Below, piece after piece: positions 58,765 through 64,000 of a DNA stretch of 64,000 nucleotides. The position numbers and the translations under genes were made by a program. Origin of the DNA: Betaproteobacteria bacterium (GTDB taxonomy: Bacteria; Pseudomonadota; Gammaproteobacteria; Burkholderiales; Casimicrobiaceae); assembly GCA_039931775.1 (NCBI GenBank), contig JBDTRG010000185.1, positions 13,337-77,336 of the forward strand. The letters are read 5' to 3'. A model generated the notes under the pieces. It did no database searches. It was not told the origin of the DNA and was given only the letters and a program-made list of their open reading frames with translations. Numbering within the stretch: the stretch's first letter is position 1; each line of letters opens with the position of its first letter.

Positions 58765-59511
58765 CTAGCCCCCTCCTCCGCCGCCGCCACCACCCCCACC
58801 GCCGCCGCTGGATCCGCCTCCGCCCCCGCCGCCGCCACCGCCGCGAATGCGGTCGCGCAGCAGGTCGCGTTCCATCGTGCGCAGCGCTTCCAGCTTCTTG
58901 ATCGCAGCGTCCGCCTTCTGCTGCTCGTCGCGCACCGCGCGTGCCCGCTCGGCCACCTGCGCGTGCAACACGCCGGCCAGTTGCTTGACGGCCGCCGGCG
59001 CGGGATTGCTCTTCGCGACCGTCTCGAAGACCTGCAGAGCGCGCTGGTCGTCCTGCGGTGTGCGCGCCAGCGTATAGAGCACGGCCAGCCTGACACGAAC
59101 GTAGTCGTTGCGCTGACGCGTGGAGAGTTGGGTGGCGTTGGCGAGTTCCCGTCGAAGGTCGTCGGGGTTCAACGTGCCGTAGCGTTGCAGATCGCCGAGC
59201 AGCGCGGCGAACTGTTGCTCGTCCGTCGGCTCGGGCGGGGCCGAAGGTGGCGGCGCGACCGCCGGTTCGGCTTCCGGGGCCGGCGGAGCCGACTTCAGCG
59301 CATCGCCGGGACCGGGTTCGGAACCGCCGGGCGACGCGATCGGCCGCTCCACCGGCTCGATCGGCGGAGACTCGACCATCGGCGGCGGCGTGGGCGGCGC
59401 AACCACCACGGGCACCGGCGACTCGGCCGGCCGCACGACCGCGGGCGGCGCCGCGCAACCGGCGATGACCCCGCCTGCCGCAACGATTGCGAGCCAGCGA
59501 CAAGGCGTCAT
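58765..59511 (-). CDS. lipoprotein, QseG/GlrP-like by position, with Pro-rich linker, coiled coil and C-terminal poly-Gly tail
   Basis: Lipobox LAIVAAGGVIAGC. Pro-rich region of about 80 aa. Helical part ending KKLEALRTMERDLLRDRIR. The tail is G10-SS-G13. It lies between the kinase and regulator genes, as qseG does in E. coli. Confidence 0.8.
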   Translation of the reverse strand: MTPCRWLAIVAAGGVIAGCAAPPAVVRPAESPVPVVVAPPTPPPMVESPPIEPVERPIASPGGSEPGPGDALKSAPPAPEAEPAVAPPPSAPPEPTDEQQFAALLGDLQRYGTLNPDDLRRELANATQLSTRQRNDYVRVRLAVLYTLARTPQDDQRALQVFETVAKSNPAPAAVKQLAGVLHAQVAERARAVRDEQQKADAAIKKLEALRTMERDLLRDRIRGGGGGGGGGGSSGGGGGGGGGGGGG

Positions 59512-61028
59512 GCGCCCCCCGCCATCGTGATTCGCGCCACCCGCGCATCCGGCATGGACGCCGTTCCGGCGTCGCCCATCGCGAGCGGCAGCGACAGGCG
59601 GAAATGCGCGCCGCGCTTCCTGTCGGCGCGATCCTGAACCTCGATTCGGCCTCCGTGCGCCAACGCATACTCGCGCGCGATCGCGAGTCCGAGCCCGGAC
59701 CCCTTCACGCGGCCGTCGATCGGCGGCTTGCCCTGATAGAACGAATCGAAGATTCGCTGGCGCTCGTCGGCACCGATCCCCGGACCCTGATCGATCACGT
59801 CGAGCACCGCGAAGTCGCGCTCGACGGACAGCGCGACGACTATGGCGGCTGACCGCGGCGAGTACTTGATCGCGTTGGAGATCAGGTTGTCGACGATCGT
59901 GCGGACCTTCTCCGCATCGCCGACGATCAGCGCCGGCGTGAGATCCACCTCGAACGTGACCATGCGCGCGAGCGCAGCGAGCTTGTGCTCTTTCAGCACG
60001 CGGCGGACGACGTCCGGCATCAGCACCGGGCCGACGGTCTGCGGTTCCATTGCGCGCGTCTGGTGATAGGTGAGAAGGTCCTCGATCAGCTTCTGCAGCG
60101 AGATGGAATTCTCGCGGACGATGCGCACGATTTCCCGCTGTTCCGCCGACAGCTTGCCGCCGACGTTGTCGCGCAGCAGCTCCGCGCCCTCGCGCACCGC
60201 GGTGAGCGGCGTCTTGAGCTCATGCGAGACGTGCCGAAGGAAACGGTTCTGCTGCTCCTCGAGCTCGGAAAGCCGCGAGCGCAGCCACTCGAGACGCTGC
60301 CCGAGGTAACGCAGGTCCTGCGGGCCGTTGACTTCGATTGCATGCGTGAAGTCCGCGGTGCCCATGCGCCGGATCGCCTGGTCGAGCTGCCGGATAGGAC
60401 GCGCGATCAGCACCGCGAAGAGAATCGCCAGAGCAAGCGCGATCGCGGCGGTCGCGAGTGCCAAGTAGAGCCATTTCTGCCTGCCCTGCGTCGCGATCTC
60501 CTGCAATCGCTCGATCGCCCGCTCGGTCAGCTGATTGGTGGCGGCGAGCATCGCCTGCGTCCGGTCGGCGAGGCGCGCGTAACCGTCCGCGAGCTGCGCT
60601 TGCGATTCGGTGGTGCGCTGCGGCACCGTCAGGAGCTTGTGGAGCCGGCTTTCGTTGTCGGTGAGCGCGTCGAGAGCCGCCAGCGATTCGGCCTCCAGCG
60701 GCAGAAGCGCGAGCTGGCGAGCCGTGGCGCGAAATTCCTGCCGGACGCGGGCGTAGTCCTCCAGCAGCGCGCTGTCGTCGAGGATGAGATGCTGGCGCAC
60801 GAGGCGCTCGAGCGTCACCGATTGCTCGAACAGCTGGCGGCTCGCGCGTCCGGCCTCCGCCGCCTGCTGCACGGCCTCGCGCCCCTGGGTTTGCAACTGG
60901 TCGAGCGAAATGATGAGCTCGCCCAGCGCGTACACGAGCGGCAGGCTTACCAGCAGGAAGCCCAGCAGAATGAACTTGAGAAAGGAGCGGGGGTAGTACA
61001 CGAAGACGACCGTTATAATCTGCGGCAA
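59508..61028 (-). CDS. glrK: sensor histidine kinase (GlrK/QseE-like): two TM segments, HAMP, HisKA, HATPase
   Basis: YYPRSFLKFILLGFLLVSLPL resembles the E. coli GlrK N-terminus. HAMP IARPIRQLDQAIRRMG. H-box FLRHVSHELKTPLT. N and G boxes are present. It overlaps the lipoprotein gene via ATGA. The true start may be a GTG about 18-21 nt inside the ORF. Confidence 0.9.
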   Translation of the reverse strand: MPQIITVVFVYYPRSFLKFILLGFLLVSLPLVYALGELIISLDQLQTQGREAVQQAAEAGRASRQLFEQSVTLERLVRQHLILDDSALLEDYARVRQEFRATARQLALLPLEAESLAALDALTDNESRLHKLLTVPQRTTESQAQLADGYARLADRTQAMLAATNQLTERAIERLQEIATQGRQKWLYLALATAAIALALAILFAVLIARPIRQLDQAIRRMGTADFTHAIEVNGPQDLRYLGQRLEWLRSRLSELEEQQNRFLRHVSHELKTPLTAVREGAELLRDNVGGKLSAEQREIVRIVRENSISLQKLIEDLLTYHQTRAMEPQTVGPVLMPDVVRRVLKEHKLAALARMVTFEVDLTPALIVGDAEKVRTIVDNLISNAIKYSPRSAAIVVALSVERDFAVLDVIDQGPGIGADERQRIFDSFYQGKPPIDGRVKGSGLGLAIAREYALAHGGRIEVQDRADRKRGAHFRLSLPLAMGDAGTASMPDARVARITMAGGA

Positions 61029-61030
61029 TT

Positions 61031-61609
61031 ATGACACCGCACCCGGCGGCACCGACGCTGCCAACGCAAAATAGAGCGAGCGAAACCGGCGCGCCGCAGA
61101 GGCCCCCCGGGCCTGCCGTCGCGCTGATCGCTGCCATTGCGTCGAACCGCGTCATCGGCACAGAAAATCGCCTTCCCTGGCGGCTCGCCGACGATCTCAA
61201 GCGGTTCCGTGCGCTGACCCTTGGTCACGCGGTGATCATGGGGCGCAAGACATGGGAATCGCTGGCGCGAGCGCTGCCGGGGAGGCAGAACATCGTCGTC
61301 ACCCGCCAGCGCGCCTATGCCGCAGCCGGCGCCGAGGTCGCGGCCTCGTTCGACGGGGCCCTCGCTCTCGTGCGCCTGCCGGCGCCGGCGTTTTGCATCG
61401 GCGGCGGCGAGCTCTATCGCGCCGCACTGCCCCGCGCGAGCCGCCTCTACCTGACGGAGATCGAACGCGACTTTACCGGCGACGCGACGTTTCCGCCGCT
61501 TCGAAACAGCGAGTGGCGGCAGGTCGACCGCGAGGCCGGCCGCTCTGCCGAGCCGGACGCATTCGAATTCACGTACGTCACCTACGAGCGCACGGCATCC
61601 GCCGACTGA
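61031..61609 (+). CDS. folA: dihydrofolate reductase
   Basis: LIAAIASNRVIGTENRLPW..LADDLKRF...VIMGRKTWESL...IGGGELY. It carries a roughly 27-aa N-terminal extension relative to typical DHFRs, and I saw no alternative canonical start. Confidence 0.9.
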   Translation: MTPHPAAPTLPTQNRASETGAPQRPPGPAVALIAAIASNRVIGTENRLPWRLADDLKRFRALTLGHAVIMGRKTWESLARALPGRQNIVVTRQRAYAAAGAEVAASFDGALALVRLPAPAFCIGGGELYRAALPRASRLYLTEIERDFTGDATFPPLRNSEWRQVDREAGRSAEPDAFEFTYVTYERTASAD

Positions 61610-61633
61610 CGCCGCATTGATCCGCTTGCGCCG

Positions 61634-64000
61634 CTAGCCCAGGTTGCGCAGTTCGCGCAGCGCGACCGCGAGCATCGCCGCATCCGCAGTCGGCGCGGCG
61701 CGCAGTTCTCCGAGCAATTGTTCCACGCGCTCGATGGCGCGGCGATTGCGGTCCTTCCAGGCCGCGAGCAATTCGCCGGGCGCAGCGATGTCGCCGCCTC
61801 GGCTCAGGATTTCGCCGGCGATTCCGCGCTGCAACCCCGACAGATCGTCGAGCATCGCGGACTTGGCCAGCGTGCGCCAATGCTGGTCGCCGGGAAGGCG
61901 CACGATCATTTCGCGAAGCCACGGCAATTCGAGCCGCGTCGACAGTTCAAAGTAGATCTCGGCGACGAGCTCGACCGCGCGGTTCGTCGCGGCCGCGACT
62001 TCGACGATGTCGAGTGTCGAGTACAGTGCGTCCAGCGTAACGACGCGCGTCGCGAGCGCCTCGGGCACGCCCTTCGCCTTGTAGTCGGCGACCAGGGTGC
62101 CGACGCGGGCACGGCCGCCCTCGTCCAGCAGCTCCGGAAGTCGGGCAGCGAGCGCTTCGACGCGCGGCGCGAAGTGCTCGATCGTCGCCCCCATGTCCTC
62201 CCCCAGCCGCCGGGAGCGCAGGAACCACGTCGCGCCGCGCTCCAGCGCGCGGCTCATGTCGATCAGCATCGCGGACTGCAGCGAGTCGTCGACGTCGTTG
62301 TCCAGCGCCTCGATCGGCTTCCACAGCGCGACGAAGCCGAAGATTTCGCGGGAAAGCAGGTAGGCGCGGACGATCTCGTGGGGTTCGCCACCGGTCGACT
62401 CCATCAGCCGGTGGACGAAGGTGCTTCCCACCCGGTTCACCATGCTGTTGACCACGTGCGTGGCGATGATCTCGCGTTTCAGCGGATGTCGCGGCAGGTA
62501 GGCCGCGTAGCGTTCGGCGAGCCGCGGCGGAAAATAGCGGGCGAGCGCGCTCGCGACCCACGGGTCGTCGGGAAGCGTCGACGCGACGAGCTCGTCGTAG
62601 AGCCAGATCTTCGCGTACGCGAGCATCACCGCGCGCTCGGGACAGGTGAGACTTTTGGCGTTCGCGCGCCGCTCGGCGAACTCCTCGTCGGACGGCAGGA
62701 ATTCGATCGCGCGATTTAGCCGGCCCGACTTCTCGAGGAACTGGATGAATCGTTGCTGCGCGTCGAGTAGCTGCTGCGCGATCCTTCCGGTCACCGACAG
62801 CACCTGGGTCTGGAAGTAATTGTCGCGCAGCACCAGCGCCGCGACGTCGTCCGTCATCTCGGCAAGGAAGCCGTTGCGCTGCTTTTCGGTGAGTTCGCCG
62901 TCGGAGACGGCGAGTCCGAGAAGGATCTTGATGTTGACTTCGTGATCGGAGGTGTCGACCCCGGCCGAATTGTCGATCGCGTCGGTGCAGATGCGCCCGC
63001 CGGCTTCGGCAAATTCGATGCGACCCCGTTGCGTGCACCCGAGGTTGCCACCTTCTGCGACGACCTTGCAGCGTAGCTCTCGTCCGTTCACCCTCACCGC
63101 ATCGTTGGCGCGGTCGCCGACCTGCGCCGCCGTCTCGCTCGTCGCCTTGACGTAGGTTCCGATGCCCCCGTTGTACAGCAGGTCGACCGGCGCCTTCAGG
63201 ATCGCGTTGACGAGCTCGGTCGGCGTCATCGATTCGGCGGAGATCGCCAGCGCGGCCCTGACCTCCGGTGATATCGGAATCGCCTTTGCGCTGCGCGCGT
63301 GGATGCCGCCGCCTCCCGAAATCCGCGTCGGGTCGTAGTCGGCCCACGACGAGCGCGGCAACCTGAACAGGCGCTCGCGCTCGGCAAACGACGTCGCGGG
63401 GTCGGGCTCCGGATCGAGGAAAATGTGCCGGTGATCGAACGCCGCGACGAGACGGATCTTCGTCGACAGCAGCATGCCGTTGCCGAATACATCGCCGGAC
63501 ATGTCGCCGATGCCGACGACCGTGAACTCGGTCGTCTGCGTGTCGCGGCCCATCTCGCGGAAGTGGCGCTTGACCGACTCCCACGCGCCGCGCGCGGTGA
63601 TGCCCATCACCTTGTGGTCGTAGCCGGCGGAACCGCCGGAGGCGAACGCGTCGTCGAGCCAGAAGCGGTATTCCCGGCTGACCCCGTTGGCGTAATCGGA
63701 GAACGTCGCCGTGCCCTTGTCCGCCGCGACCACGAGGTAAGGATCGTCGTCATCGTGCCGCCTTACCGACCCGGGCGCAACGATCCGGTCTCCGACGCGG
63801 TTGTCGGTCAGGTCGAGCAGCGCGCGCAGATAATCCTGATAGCAGGCGATCCCTTCCTTCATGTACGCGTCGCGGTCGGCGGGGCTGGGGGCGCGCTTCA
63901 GCACGAATCCGCCTTTCGATCCGACCGGAACGATGACGACGTTCTTCACCATCTGCGCCTTGACGAGCCCGAGGATTTCCGTGCGGAAATCCTCGGGCCG
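61634..64000 (-). CDS. gdhB: NAD-specific glutamate dehydrogenase, large (about 180 kDa) GdhB type; C-terminal part, 5' end outside the window
   Basis: KNVVIVPVGSKGGFV, DKGTATFSD and GITARGAWESVKRHF motifs. The reading frame stays open upstream of the track start (63952) to the window edge (...FRTEILGLVKAQ). Confidence 0.9.
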   Translation of the reverse strand, partial: RPEDFRTEILGLVKAQMVKNVVIVPVGSKGGFVLKRAPSPADRDAYMKEGIACYQDYLRALLDLTDNRVGDRIVAPGSVRRHDDDDPYLVVAADKGTATFSDYANGVSREYRFWLDDAFASGGSAGYDHKVMGITARGAWESVKRHFREMGRDTQTTEFTVVGIGDMSGDVFGNGMLLSTKIRLVAAFDHRHIFLDPEPDPATSFAERERLFRLPRSSWADYDPTRISGGGGIHARSAKAIPISPEVRAALAISAESMTPTELVNAILKAPVDLLYNGGIGTYVKATSETAAQVGDRANDAVRVNGRELRCKVVAEGGNLGCTQRGRIEFAEAGGRICTDAIDNSAGVDTSDHEVNIKILLGLAVSDGELTEKQRNGFLAEMTDDVAALVLRDNYFQTQVLSVTGRIAQQLLDAQQRFIQFLEKSGRLNRAIEFLPSDEEFAERRANAKSLTCPERAVMLAYAKIWLYDELVASTLPDDPWVASALARYFPPRLAERYAAYLPRHPLKREIIATHVVNSMVNRVGSTFVHRLMESTGGEPHEIVRAYLLSREIFGFVALWKPIEALDNDVDDSLQSAMLIDMSRALERGATWFLRSRRLGEDMGATIEHFAPRVEALAARLPELLDEGGRARVGTLVADYKAKGVPEALATRVVTLDALYSTLDIVEVAAATNRAVELVAEIYFELSTRLELPWLREMIVRLPGDQHWRTLAKSAMLDDLSGLQRGIAGEILSRGGDIAAPGELLAAWKDRNRRAIERVEQLLGELRAAPTADAAMLAVALRELRNLG

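Overview
High-GC proteobacterial chromosomal segment, apparently about 65-70 % GC by eye. Gene content and the tmRNA tag ANDETYALAA look beta-proteobacterial. I support about 55 protein genes, one tmRNA (ssrA) and no tRNA, rRNA, CRISPR, transposase or integrase. Most of the window is housekeeping: manC, mfd, ndh, ggt, hppA, pfp, adk, kdsB, lpxK, exbBD, pdxH, htpX, glnS, xseA, aroC, thyA, folA and a large NAD-GDH. Two regions stand out. (1) 1-8.6 kb, flanking the 3' end of ssrA, is an accessory-looking block. It holds three paralogous secreted four-cysteine proteins of unknown function, each next to a divergently transcribed partner gene. Interspersed are a sulfotransferase, an orphan soluble histidine kinase, two tiny coupled ORFs and a large secreted dockerin/PKD/propeller protein. 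(2) 56.7-61.0 kb holds a GlrK/QseG/GlrR-like (QseE/G/F-like) operon of histidine kinase, lipoprotein and sigma-54 activator. Directly downstream lie two perfect TGTC-N10-GACA palindromes and a textbook sigma-54 promoter. That promoter drives a roughly 330-nt terminated transcript carrying a 54-aa acidic ORF, so this looks like an uncharacterised target in the position GlmY occupies in enterobacteria. Other notable items are an H+-PPase with an Ala/Pro-rich C-terminal tail next to a PPi-dependent PFK, and two convergent 2OG-oxygenases fused to TPR/Sel1 repeats. There is also a histone-H1-tail/SWIB protein, a GtrA/GT2/GT-C glycosylation operon, a 95-bp inverted-repeat element holding two stop codons, and an inverted DnaA-box pair. 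Internal start sites were derived by amino-acid arithmetic from the ORF track. Hand-located motifs may be off by 1-2 nt. Many very long ORFs in the track are antisense or off-frame artefacts of the high GC content.
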